From a virus, in the IMG/VR virus record IMGVR_UViG_3300035689_000007, positions 1 through 64,000 of that record: DNA of 64,000 bases; one strand, given 5' to 3'. The position numbers and the translations under genes were made by a program. The notes under the pieces were generated by a model. That model had not been told where the DNA came from and made no database searches. It saw only the letters and a list, made by a program, of their open reading frames with translations. This document shows, one piece after another, positions 9,437 to 18,753 of the stretch (its first letter is position 1; every line of letters begins with the position of its first letter).

Positions 9437-9941
9437 ACCTTCATTATTCAACCAAAAGTATCAATCTCAATGGTCAGAAACTCACAAGTATAAACATATA
9501 CACACTGGTGAGTATTGCACTTTTGAAGCATATGTTGCTGAATATATTGTACTTAGAAGGGCTGAAAAACTAAATCTAGGTAAACCTTCCTATAAGTTTT
9601 GGACTAAGGGAGATCCTAATCACTGGTTGTGGAAAAAACAACTTGGTGCAGCAAGACAGCTTAAAAAGAAATATAGCGAAGAAGCAATATTGAGAGCAAT
9701 CAAATCAAAAGAATTTGACAAATTGCTAGTACTTGGTGTGCAAGATGGTAGGGGCTACAAGATTAATCCGCTTGCGGAACGTGTTATCGCAATGTATGAT
9801 AGTAGGGTAAGGGAAGAAGCAGACAAGCAAAAGGCACTTGAAGCACCAGTTACTACCGAACCTCCACAACAATTGGAACTAAGAAAAACTCAAACATCAA
9901 CTAAAAATAAGACAATGTTAAATAAATTGAGGGACTTATGA
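9420..9941 (+). CDS. Hypothetical protein
   Basis: ORF in the operon; first ATG at 9420 after GAGG. Confidence 0.7.
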   Translation: MTKKDKPSLFNQKYQSQWSETHKYKHIHTGEYCTFEAYVAEYIVLRRAEKLNLGKPSYKFWTKGDPNHWLWKKQLGAARQLKKKYSEEAILRAIKSKEFDKLLVLGVQDGRGYKINPLAERVIAMYDSRVREEADKQKALEAPVTTEPPQQLELRKTQTSTKNKTMLNKLRDL

Positions 9942-11044
9942 ATAAAACAAAAAAGAAATCAATATCTAAGTTTGACTCCGATGTAGTAAGCAATTCTGTC
10001 ATTACTAAGTATGGAGATGTTGTGCGAAGCGGAACGGAAGTTCTAGAGTCCATTAATAGTCTAGAAGTTATAGGCTTATCTCCAGCATTAGATATTGCAC
10101 TAGGTGGAGGTTTAAGAGAAGGTTCTGTTGTAGTCATGACGGGCGATCCGAAAAGTGGTAAAACTACAACCGCTTTGCATTTTGCTGCTAAATGTCAAGC
10201 TAAAAATAAAAGAGTAATCTATGTCAATACTGAAGGTAGATTATCAAAACAGAATTTTGAAGGAATAAAGGGTCTAAATCCAGACAATATTATTATCATC
10301 GAATCAACAGATGATAGAATACTAACAGCCGAAGATTTTCTCAACATTATAGAGTACTATATCAACAATGATCCCGGCTGTTTAATAATAGCAGATTCTT
10401 TATCAAACATGGTTCCCGCTTGTGAACTTGAAGGGGAGGTTAGGACCGGTGTTAGAAATGCTTTACCTAGATTACTATCTATGTTTTTTAAGCGTATTAG
10501 TGGCACGTTGATGAAGAATAAAATTATGCTAATTTGCATCACACACAATATTGCTAATACCGGAGGATCTCCATATGCACCATCAAAAATGGCAGATTGT
10601 GGAAACATGTTACAATATCAAGCTGGAACCAATATGATTATTACACATCGTGGTAAGTGGCAAGTACCAAAAGACACTGGCGAACACGTTGGACAAATTG
10701 CTAACTGGTCTATTAAAACTTCTAACGCTGGTGGAAGACCAAATAGCACCGCCGAAAGTTGGATTCGATATGGTGTAGGAATAGACGAAGTGCAAGAAAT
10801 TATTCACATAGCTTGTGAGTTTAGATTAATAAAGGCTAGTGGAGCTTGGTACACTATATCGTGTGCTGTAGAAAATACAAATCATCCAATAATCTCAAAG
10901 ATATTATCAGACAATAATATATCTGGAGAAGAAAACGTTGAAAAATTCTTTAAGTTTCAAGGTGTTAACAATGTATGCGAATTCTTAACACAGAATAAAC
11001 TGATTGCGGATTTTGTATACGAAAAAATAAAGGAGCTATATTGA
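9938..11044 (+). CDS. recA: RecA/UvsX-like recombinase
   Basis: LDIALGGGL, Walker A GDPKSGKTT, YVNTEGR, IIADSLS, GIDEVQE, GAWY. Confidence 0.9.
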   Translation: MNKTKKKSISKFDSDVVSNSVITKYGDVVRSGTEVLESINSLEVIGLSPALDIALGGGLREGSVVVMTGDPKSGKTTTALHFAAKCQAKNKRVIYVNTEGRLSKQNFEGIKGLNPDNIIIIESTDDRILTAEDFLNIIEYYINNDPGCLIIADSLSNMVPACELEGEVRTGVRNALPRLLSMFFKRISGTLMKNKIMLICITHNIANTGGSPYAPSKMADCGNMLQYQAGTNMIITHRGKWQVPKDTGEHVGQIANWSIKTSNAGGRPNSTAESWIRYGVGIDEVQEIIHIACEFRLIKASGAWYTISCAVENTNHPIISKILSDNNISGEENVEKFFKFQGVNNVCEFLTQNKLIADFVYEKIKELY

Positions 11045-11463
11045 AAGTTATTGGAATAAATGGTAAAGAATACGTATGGAATTTAGCTGGATATGATGTC
11101 AAAGCCAATGATACAAGATCAAGATCTAAGTACCATTTAAGAGCTAGAATCTTACTAAAAGATATATTCCATAGTTATAGGATACTTGAAGAGGTTAAGT
11201 TACCCGGAAGTACCGCAAGGCATCGAAGAGGGGTTTTGTATTTAGACTTTTTCATACCACAGGTTAATATGGCAATTGAAGTTCACGGTCAACAACACTA
11301 TGAATTTAATCCATTTTTCCACAAGAACAAAGCAGATTTTGTCTTGTCTCAAGCCAAGGACTATGATAAAATGGAGTGGTGCCGCATCAACAAATTAAGA
11401 TTAGTTACTCTAAAGTATTCTGACTCAAATGAAGATTGGAGACGACAAATTGTCAACCGCTAA
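11041..11463 (+). CDS. DUF559/Vsr-like PD-(D/E)XK endonuclease
   Basis: LYLDFFIP...AIEVHGQQHY...D..K..WC; TTG start after AAGGAG. Confidence 0.75.
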   Translation: MKVIGINGKEYVWNLAGYDVKANDTRSRSKYHLRARILLKDIFHSYRILEEVKLPGSTARHRRGVLYLDFFIPQVNMAIEVHGQQHYEFNPFFHKNKADFVLSQAKDYDKMEWCRINKLRLVTLKYSDSNEDWRRQIVNR

Positions 11464-11911
11464 AGAAAATCTTGAACAACATATTAAAGACATAGACGAC
11501 TACATCAATGGACACAACACAAAATTCTCATCTTTTAGAGAAGAGTTTTTGTTGGTAGCAGATATGTCAATAGAAAATCTGAAGAAACTTACTAAAGATG
11601 AACTATTTGATAGTGCTTATATGTTATATAGTTATGCTTCATATATACAAGACGATATAAATCGTAATAAAATTGCGTTAGATTGGTGCAATGATCAATT
11701 AGAGAAATTAGTTGTAAAACATAATGACACTTTTGATAAATATACCAAACACGAATCTAAGAAACAAATTATAGTTCAAGAAAATAGCTATGCAGCAAAA
11801 GTAGATCAAATGAGATTAGTAGCAGAAGCAAGACTACAATCTCTAGATGGCAAGGTTTATGAGATCAAGAGAAAAGCGGATATCCTACTAGAAAAGGGCA
11901 AAAGATCATGA
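11429..11911 (+). CDS. Helical/coiled-coil protein, possible UvsY-like recombination mediator
   Basis: All-alpha heptad pattern and position between recA and helicase; function inferred from context only. Confidence 0.45.
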   Translation: MKIGDDKLSTAKENLEQHIKDIDDYINGHNTKFSSFREEFLLVADMSIENLKKLTKDELFDSAYMLYSYASYIQDDINRNKIALDWCNDQLEKLVVKHNDTFDKYTKHESKKQIIVQENSYAAKVDQMRLVAEARLQSLDGKVYEIKRKADILLEKGKRS

Positions 11912-12309
11912 GTATGGAAGAATTTATAAAGACGTTAAGCGAAGAACAAAAGCAAGCTTTGTTAAAAGCTTTAAGTGATAATAAGCCCACGACAGAGCAA
12001 AGTGAACAAACAACAATAAAGAAACATATTAGCAACAGTCAAAGTCAAAATTTTATCACAGAAACAAAACCTAAGATACAAAATCAACAAAGGAGAGAGC
12101 CAGTGAGAGGAAGGGGAAATGAATGGGTTGATACTGGAGAGGGTAGAGATATTTTTACTCCAGAAACAGAAAGAACTCCTAGGAAAAGACCGCCACCAGT
12201 AAAACAAATGGTAGAATGTCACGCCTGTGGAAAAACATTTAAAGCAGACAAGAGATTTATTTATGGAGAATATGTCCGATGCGATAGGTGTGTGGGGAAA
12301 AAGCGATAA
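11908..12309 (+). CDS. Hypothetical protein with C-terminal zinc finger
   Basis: CHACG...CDRC. Confidence 0.7.
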   Translation: MSMEEFIKTLSEEQKQALLKALSDNKPTTEQSEQTTIKKHISNSQSQNFITETKPKIQNQQRREPVRGRGNEWVDTGEGRDIFTPETERTPRKRPPPVKQMVECHACGKTFKADKRFIYGEYVRCDRCVGKKR

Positions 12310-13784
12310 TGGAAGAAAAACTAATTGATGTTGGGTCTGAACGTGCAGTGTTGGCTGGGCTTATACAACACGGATTAGATGGACATATTACAGTATGTGA
12401 CTTGATATCTCAGGATACGTTTGGTAATCATAATAACCAAATGTTATATAGGTGTATTGAACATATTCTTCACAAAGAACAAAAAATAGATATACCTTCT
12501 CTTCTCGCTGCCGCAGAGGTTCTACATTATTCAGAAACTATAAATACTACTCAAGAACTAAAGTATATTAAATCGTTGTTTGATTTTCCAATCAGTATAG
12601 AAAATATACTAAGTTTTACAATACAGCTAAAGAAGTTTGAATTTGCCAGAAAGATAAAAAAGTTAACCGCTAAAATTCATAAAGATGTAGATAAGGTAAC
12701 TGGCAATGAGAGCATCAATGAAATTGTTCAAATCTTAGAAAGTCCAGTAACAGATTTTCTTAGAGAAGAAGATAACAGTGGAGAAACTCCAGCTAAAATT
12801 GGATCTAACATAAATGAGTATATAGATTTTCTAATAGAGAACAAGTGCGATATAATTGGTATACCAACAGGCTTTAGTAGATATGATCAAGCAATTGGTG
12901 GTGGACTACGCAGAAAGTGTGTAGACTTAGTATCTGCAAGACCTAAAGTGGGTAAATCTGTTTTTGCTGATAATGTTGCTTTGAATATTACATCTCTTGG
13001 CATTCCGGTTCTAGTGCTAGATACGGAGATGTCCAAAGAAGATCATCTTAATAGATTGTTAGCTAATATTAGCGGCATACCAATAAATGATATTGCAACT
13101 GGAAAATTTTCTGAGGATGAAGATAAACACAGAAAAATACAACAGGCTATGGCAACCCTAGAAAAGGTTCCATATAGTTACATTAGTGTTGCTGGTAAAC
13201 CGTTTGAGTCAATCTTAAACTTAATCCGTAGATGGGTTGTACAAGAAGTTAAAACTGATGAAACTGGTAAAACGAATGATTGCGTAATAATTTATGATTA
13301 TTTGAAGTTGATGTCTTCCGAGTCTATAACTAATAATATACAAGAATATCAAGCTCTTGGATTTCAAATAACATCTTTACATAATCTATGTGTTAAATTG
13401 GATATACCATGTCTATCATTTGTTCAGTTGAATAGAGATGGCATTACTAAAGAAAGTACAGACGCTGTTAGCGGTTCTGATAGATTAATTTGGCTATGTA
13501 CATCATTTACTATATTCAAAGCAAAATCTCCAGAAGAACTAGCAGAAGATGGTCCTAATGCTGGCAATAGAAAGTTAGTCCCAATTGTAACAAGGCATGG
13601 TGCTGGACTAAACGACGGAGACTATATTAATATGCAAATGGTCGGTTCTCATGCTAAATTATTAGAATTGAGAACTAGAAATGAATTTAAAAATCAACCA
13701 GTTGGTGATACCGGACTAGTAGCAAAAGAAGCTATGGATAAAATCAAAAATGAACTTACAGACGATCAAGAATCAACTGAATAA
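12309..13784 (+). CDS. dnaB: Replicative DNA helicase
   Basis: N-terminal SERAVLAGL, GIPTGF, Walker A ARPKVGKS, DTEMS, IYDYLKLM, QLNR, TRHG. ATG at 12309 overlaps the upstream TAA. Confidence 0.93.
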   Translation: MEEKLIDVGSERAVLAGLIQHGLDGHITVCDLISQDTFGNHNNQMLYRCIEHILHKEQKIDIPSLLAAAEVLHYSETINTTQELKYIKSLFDFPISIENILSFTIQLKKFEFARKIKKLTAKIHKDVDKVTGNESINEIVQILESPVTDFLREEDNSGETPAKIGSNINEYIDFLIENKCDIIGIPTGFSRYDQAIGGGLRRKCVDLVSARPKVGKSVFADNVALNITSLGIPVLVLDTEMSKEDHLNRLLANISGIPINDIATGKFSEDEDKHRKIQQAMATLEKVPYSYISVAGKPFESILNLIRRWVVQEVKTDETGKTNDCVIIYDYLKLMSSESITNNIQEYQALGFQITSLHNLCVKLDIPCLSFVQLNRDGITKESTDAVSGSDRLIWLCTSFTIFKAKSPEELAEDGPNAGNRKLVPIVTRHGAGLNDGDYINMQMVGSHAKLLELRTRNEFKNQPVGDTGLVAKEAMDKIKNELTDDQESTE

Positions 13785-14778
13785 TAATATTGAAAAAGTG
13801 TTGACAAAGTTAGATATTGACTATGAATTATTTTCAGAAAATATCTATTCAATATGTCCAATTCATCAAGACAGTGATAATCCAAGAGCATTTTCTTTTT
13901 CTAGAAATAAAGGAATTTGGAAGTGTTGGACTAGAGACTGTCAAAATGAACATGGTAATGATATATTTGGTCTAATAAAAGGTGTCTTATCACAACAAAA
14001 GAATCAACCAATAGACTTTTCAGATGTTCTAAAATGGTCTAAAAATCTATTAGAAATCAATGGAAGCGTTAGGATAGAACATAAAACAGAAGAAGTAGAA
14101 GAAGATCAATTTGTACAATTAGTCAACAATATAAATAAATTTCATTCAAAAGTTCAGAACACTAAAACGCCGTCTATTAAGATTGACTTTGAGTTACATA
14201 ACTCGTCTGAATATTTTATAGACCGTGGATTTGATAAAAAAACGTTAGATCATTTTGGTGTGAAAGATTGTGAGCAAAGCGGTATAATGAAAGATAGAGC
14301 AATCATACCAATTCATGATGATCTTGGAAGAAATATTATTGGCTTAATTGGAAGATCTACAAAAGAATATCGTACACCTAAGTTCATAATATACCCCAAG
14401 GGTTTTGACAAAAGAAACTATTTTTACAACTATCATAGAGCAATAGAAAAAGCAAAAGAAACTTCATGTCTATATATATTAGAAGGTCAAGGTGATGTTT
14501 GGAAAATGTACGAAGCTGGAGTAATAAACGCTGTCAGTATTTTTGGTAAAACTTTAACAGAACAACAGATAGATAAATTATTAAAGTTACCGATAACGCA
14601 CTTAATCATCTTAACAGATAATGATCAGTCTGGTAAAGAATCAAAAGTACAAATAAAACGTCAACTAGGCAGAATATACAAATTGTCATTTCCCAAAATT
14701 ACAGAAAAGGACATTGGAGATATGACAATAGAAAAAATACAAACATCCATTTTGTCAAATATGAAAGGAACATATTGA
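13750..14778 (+). CDS. dnaG: DNA primase (CHC2 zinc finger plus TOPRIM)
   Basis: CPIH..D.NP...WKCWTRDC, R..IPIHD, EGQGD, TDNDQSG, KDIGD. Confidence 0.92.
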   Translation: MNLQTIKNQLNNNIEKVLTKLDIDYELFSENIYSICPIHQDSDNPRAFSFSRNKGIWKCWTRDCQNEHGNDIFGLIKGVLSQQKNQPIDFSDVLKWSKNLLEINGSVRIEHKTEEVEEDQFVQLVNNINKFHSKVQNTKTPSIKIDFELHNSSEYFIDRGFDKKTLDHFGVKDCEQSGIMKDRAIIPIHDDLGRNIIGLIGRSTKEYRTPKFIIYPKGFDKRNYFYNYHRAIEKAKETSCLYILEGQGDVWKMYEAGVINAVSIFGKTLTEQQIDKLLKLPITHLIILTDNDQSGKESKVQIKRQLGRIYKLSFPKITEKDIGDMTIEKIQTSILSNMKGTY

Positions 14779-15524
14779 TGGCTAAAATAATAGCTATATC
14801 TGGAAGAAAACAGTCTGGTAAAAATACTGTAGCTAATTTTATTACTGGGTCTATTCTGAAAAATAAGGGTATGATCCAAGATTTCAATATAAATAATGAT
14901 GGTAATCTTGAGATAAAAACTACCAATTCTAAAAATGAAGTTGGTTGGGGCGTACTAGATTTAATGAGAAAAGATGAAATTTTTATTAACTATGCAGAAA
15001 ATGAATTGTGGCCGCACGTAAAAATCTATCACTTTGCTGATCCACTAAAAGAGATTTGCACAAATCTATTTAATATAGATACAAAAACTGTTTATGGTAA
15101 TGATAAACAAAAAAATAACAAAATCAATCTTAACTGGGAAGATATGCCAGAAAATCATGATAGTAAAAAGGGACGCATGACTGCTAGAGAATTCATGCAA
15201 CATTTTGGCACAAATATATTAAGAAAAATGAAAGACGACATTTGGGTACAAGCTACAATCACTAGAATATTTGGTGAAAATTCAGAAATTGCTATTATAC
15301 CAGATGTCAGATTTCCAAATGAAATAGAAGCAATTAAAGACAATGGCGGAACTGTTATCAGACTTACAAGAAATGTATTCAACGATCCACACCATTGTGA
15401 GAGTATTCTAGATAAAAATGTGTATGATTGGTCAAACTTTGATTATGTAATAGAGAATCATGGTGTATCTGTCAAAGATTTGACATGCGAGTTGAACAAA
15501 ATTAATAACCTCTGGAACATATAA
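14775..15524 (+). CDS. Deoxynucleoside monophosphate kinase (T4 gp1-like)
   Basis: GRKQSGKNT, FADPLKE, REFMQHFGT, DVRFPNE. Confidence 0.85.
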   Translation: MMAKIIAISGRKQSGKNTVANFITGSILKNKGMIQDFNINNDGNLEIKTTNSKNEVGWGVLDLMRKDEIFINYAENELWPHVKIYHFADPLKEICTNLFNIDTKTVYGNDKQKNNKINLNWEDMPENHDSKKGRMTAREFMQHFGTNILRKMKDDIWVQATITRIFGENSEIAIIPDVRFPNEIEAIKDNGGTVIRLTRNVFNDPHHCESILDKNVYDWSNFDYVIENHGVSVKDLTCELNKINNLWNI

Positions 15525-15525
15525 T

Positions 15526-16545
15526 ATGATTGTAACATATATTCGGTCTTCTAGTTATAATAACTACTCGTATTGTGAAATGCAGTATTTCATAACGTAT
15601 GTGCTTGGATACCAACCGGTTAGTGGTAAAAAGGCAGATTTAGGAACAATTACCCATAAGGTTATGGAAGTATTAGCAAAGCTAAAAAAAGAATTACAGG
15701 ATAATCATAATCAAAAAACTTTACTAGTCAATGATGACGCATTGGGAAAAATCAGTACATCTAAATCAGATTTTTCTAGTGATAAGCTAGTAGATAAAAT
15801 ACTGGACAAAAGTTTTAGTTTCTATTCGTCTAAATCTACTCATACTTTTACAAAAGCCGATAAAAATACATGCTTAGATATGTGCTGGTCGGCTTTAAGT
15901 TTTAACAATGGACAATTTGATCCAAGAAATAGAAATATAGTTGCAGCAGAGCCTCATTTTGATATTCCAATAGATGAAGATTGGGCGCACTACGAATATG
16001 AAATAAATGGTAAACTTATTAAAGGGCAACTGGCTATTAAAGGCACAATAGATCTAGTAACTGAAATTTCTAATGGCACACTTGAGGCTGTAGATTGGAA
16101 AACTGGTAAAAGGCTAGATTGGGCAACTGGTGAGGAAAAAGACTACGAAAAATTAAATAAAGATCCACAATTACTACTCTATAATTACGCCCTATCCAAG
16201 TTATTTCCAGAATACGAACAGTCAATAATGTCCATCTTTTTTATTAAGGATGGAGGTCCATTTTCTCTATGTTTTGACAAGTCTGATCAAGACAGATTTC
16301 TTAGTATGCTAAAAGACAAATTCTCAGATATACAGAAAAATAACCTACCAAGACCAATATCTGTAGATCGTACCAATTGGAAATGCACTAAATTATGCCA
16401 CTATTGTAAGACAAATTGGCCCGAAACGGATAAAAATATGTGTATCTATATAGACGAGTACTTAAAAAAACACGGAATGCAAAAAACTGTAAACGATTGT
16501 ACAAGATCTGGATTTGACATAGGATTTTATGAGGCTCCGGGTTGA
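15526..16545 (+). CDS. Cas4/AddB-like PD-(D/E)XK exonuclease with putative Fe-S staple
   Basis: GTITHKVME, GTIDLV, DWKTG, QLLLY; one N-terminal Cys plus C-terminal CTKLCHYC. Confidence 0.85.
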   Translation: MIVTYIRSSSYNNYSYCEMQYFITYVLGYQPVSGKKADLGTITHKVMEVLAKLKKELQDNHNQKTLLVNDDALGKISTSKSDFSSDKLVDKILDKSFSFYSSKSTHTFTKADKNTCLDMCWSALSFNNGQFDPRNRNIVAAEPHFDIPIDEDWAHYEYEINGKLIKGQLAIKGTIDLVTEISNGTLEAVDWKTGKRLDWATGEEKDYEKLNKDPQLLLYNYALSKLFPEYEQSIMSIFFIKDGGPFSLCFDKSDQDRFLSMLKDKFSDIQKNNLPRPISVDRTNWKCTKLCHYCKTNWPETDKNMCIYIDEYLKKHGMQKTVNDCTRSGFDIGFYEAPG

Positions 16546-16546
16546 A

Positions 16547-17404
16547 ATGTCAAAATTATTAACCATAGGAATGGCTACTTATGATGATTTTGATGGTGTT
16601 TACTTCACCATACAGGCTCTTAGGTTGTATCACCCAATCTGTAATTCTGGAGATGTGGAAATTATTGTAATAGATAATAATCCAAATTCAAATCACGGTG
16701 CCACTAATAAACAATTTATCAGTTGGGTCAAAAATGGTAGATACATTCCATACACTCTAAAAACAAGCACGGCGATCAGAAATGAAATTTTTAAACAGGC
16801 CCAAGGCAAGTACTGCATATCTATGGACTGCCACGTATTGCTTTGTGGGGGCGCTATTGAAGCATTGCTAAAGTACTATGAAGTCAATCCAGACTGCAAA
16901 AATATCGTACAGGGACCACTAGTTTACGATCATCTAGATTTTGATTCTGCGTCAACACATTTTAATCCGTGTTGGGATTCTTGTATGTATGGCAAATGGG
17001 CAACCAATCATGAAAAACTCAATGAGGGAAAACCGTTTGAGATTCCTATGCAGGGTTTAGGAGTGTTTTCTTGCGAAACAAAAAATTGGGTGGGTTTTAA
17101 TAAACATTTTAAGGGTTTTGGTGGAGAAGAAGGATATATTCATGAGAAGTTTAGACAATTTGGTGGCAAGGCAATATGTCATCCAGAATTTACTTGGGTG
17201 CATAGATTCAATAGACCAAATGGTGTTAAGTATCCACTAATCTTAGAAGATAGAATATGGAACTATTTTGTTGGGTGGTTAGAGTTGACCCAAGATCCAA
17301 ATCATACAATTATCCAAGAAATATATAATCATTTCAAAGATAAGATTCCAACAGGCAGTATAGATAATATTTTTCAAATGGCAAAAAACAAAATTTTAAT
17401 ATAA
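16547..17404 (+). CDS. Glycosyltransferase family 2 (GT-A)
   Basis: LTIGMATY, EIIVIDN, RN, MDCH, GF...FKGFGGEE. Confidence 0.85.
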   Translation: MSKLLTIGMATYDDFDGVYFTIQALRLYHPICNSGDVEIIVIDNNPNSNHGATNKQFISWVKNGRYIPYTLKTSTAIRNEIFKQAQGKYCISMDCHVLLCGGAIEALLKYYEVNPDCKNIVQGPLVYDHLDFDSASTHFNPCWDSCMYGKWATNHEKLNEGKPFEIPMQGLGVFSCETKNWVGFNKHFKGFGGEEGYIHEKFRQFGGKAICHPEFTWVHRFNRPNGVKYPLILEDRIWNYFVGWLELTQDPNHTIIQEIYNHFKDKIPTGSIDNIFQMAKNKILI

Positions 17405-17413
17405 GGAGATATC

Positions 17414-18403
17414 ATGCCCCTTCCAAACAGAAATAAAGATGAAAAAAGAGACGATTTTGTTGCTAGATGTATGCAAAACGACACAATGAAAAGTGAATAT
17501 CCAGATCAAGCTCAAAGAGTAGCTATATGTATTAGGCAGGCTACCGCTGATTGTAGCATGATAGAAGCAGCAGACTTCGAATTACAAATGGAATCTGGAT
17601 ATGAAGAAGAATTGACAGAAGATAATTTCTACATACCCGTAGCAGCAGAATATGTAGATTTTGGAGAAACAGCAGAAGAATGGGATTGTGCTAAAGAACG
17701 TCCCGGATTGTGGGAGAATATTAGAAAGAAAAAGGAAAGAGAAGGTAAAAACTATAAGCCAGCAAAGCCGGGAGATCCAGATAGACCAGATAAAGACGCT
17801 TGGAAAAAAGCCCAATCCGATAGCGGAAACGAAATGGCTATTGAACAACTACAAAAAATGCATGATCAATTAATGGGAGTTGTCATGAAATTAAAACTTA
17901 TGGAAGTTGAATTTCAAGATTGGACAAAAGATATGATTTCTAAAGCAGAAGTATATATTCAAAATGTCTTTGATTTTGTTACATATTATGAACCCGGAAA
18001 ATATGAAGACGAATATGTAGAGGAACCATCAGAAATAGAAGATGAGGAAACAGAATCTAAATATCAATATGAAGATCCAGTTACTAGAGAAGTATTTACA
18101 TATACGCAGAGAAAAACATACAAAAAAGATGGCAAGACTTTAATCTATCTAGGTGAAGCTAGTGAATATCAAGGTAGAAAGGTACAACTAAATAAGCCAT
18201 TTAGAACACCAAAGGGTCCAAAAAAGTTTAGCGTATACGTTAAGAACGAAAAGGGTAATGTGGTCAAGGTAAATTTTGGTGATCCAAATATGAAAATAAA
18301 GAAAAATATACCGGAACGAAGAAAAAGCTTTAGAGCAAGACACAATTGTGATAATCCCGGCCCCAAGTGGAAGGCTAGATATTGGTCATGCAAAGCTTGG
18401 TAA
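17414..18403 (+). CDS. Modular phage protein with acidic core and basic C-terminal domain
   Basis: AAGGAG RBS. Modules PLPN...FVARCM, GLWENIRKK and VNFGDPNM...RRKSFRARHNC...ARYWSC resemble small domains recurrent in large phages. Confidence 0.75.
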   Translation: MPLPNRNKDEKRDDFVARCMQNDTMKSEYPDQAQRVAICIRQATADCSMIEAADFELQMESGYEEELTEDNFYIPVAAEYVDFGETAEEWDCAKERPGLWENIRKKKEREGKNYKPAKPGDPDRPDKDAWKKAQSDSGNEMAIEQLQKMHDQLMGVVMKLKLMEVEFQDWTKDMISKAEVYIQNVFDFVTYYEPGKYEDEYVEEPSEIEDEETESKYQYEDPVTREVFTYTQRKTYKKDGKTLIYLGEASEYQGRKVQLNKPFRTPKGPKKFSVYVKNEKGNVVKVNFGDPNMKIKKNIPERRKSFRARHNCDNPGPKWKARYWSCKAW

Positions 18404-18639
18404 AGAAATGGAAGGATCATCTCGACTCTAATAACATGACATACTGTGAACATTGGATGTTTGCAGTGTGTCATGGGTTGAGATGTATAAAAGCCGGATT
18501 TTGTCTTATATTACATGGTAATTTTCCATGTTTTTTAGTGCATACTGGTAGTGAATTGATACATAAATTAGAACAAGATTTTACTAAGAGAGAAAAGGAT
18601 ATTGATGATGAAAAAACCAATACTAAGACCGTTAAGTAA
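18388..18639 (+). CDS. Small His-motif membrane-associated protein (DUF6356-like)
   Basis: HL...MTY.EH..FA...G...LH..FP pattern; family name recalled from memory. Confidence 0.55.
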   Translation: MQSLVKKWKDHLDSNNMTYCEHWMFAVCHGLRCIKAGFCLILHGNFPCFLVHTGSELIHKLEQDFTKREKDIDDEKTNTKTVK

Positions 18640-18703
18640 TGGCCCTAGATCTTCTGACAAAGAACCAAAAAAAAGACCTCTCTTGCCGTTGAAAAATTCT
18701 TGA
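18605..18703 (+). CDS. 32-aa basic, Pro-rich microprotein
   Basis: MMKKPILRPLSNGPRSSDKEPKKRPLLPLKNS*, AAGGA RBS upstream; too short for the ORF track. Confidence 0.45.
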   Translation: MMKKPILRPLSNGPRSSDKEPKKRPLLPLKNS

Positions 18704-18717
18704 TCGTAGGGTAAGAT
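18689..18717 (+). promoter_or_regulatory. Sigma70-type promoter upstream of the N-terminal dnaE gene
   Basis: TTGAAA(18689-18694)-17 nt-TAAGAT(18712-18717), followed by GGAGA RBS and TTG start at 18754. Confidence 0.55.
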
Positions 18718-18753
18718 AGAGTATCGACACGTTGCACATAGGAGAAATATACA

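Noticed and set aside
15526-16545. CRISPR-Cas locus suggested by the Cas4-like nuclease
   Set aside because: No repeat-spacer array or other cas genes were seen; stand-alone Cas4-like nucleases are common in phage replication modules.
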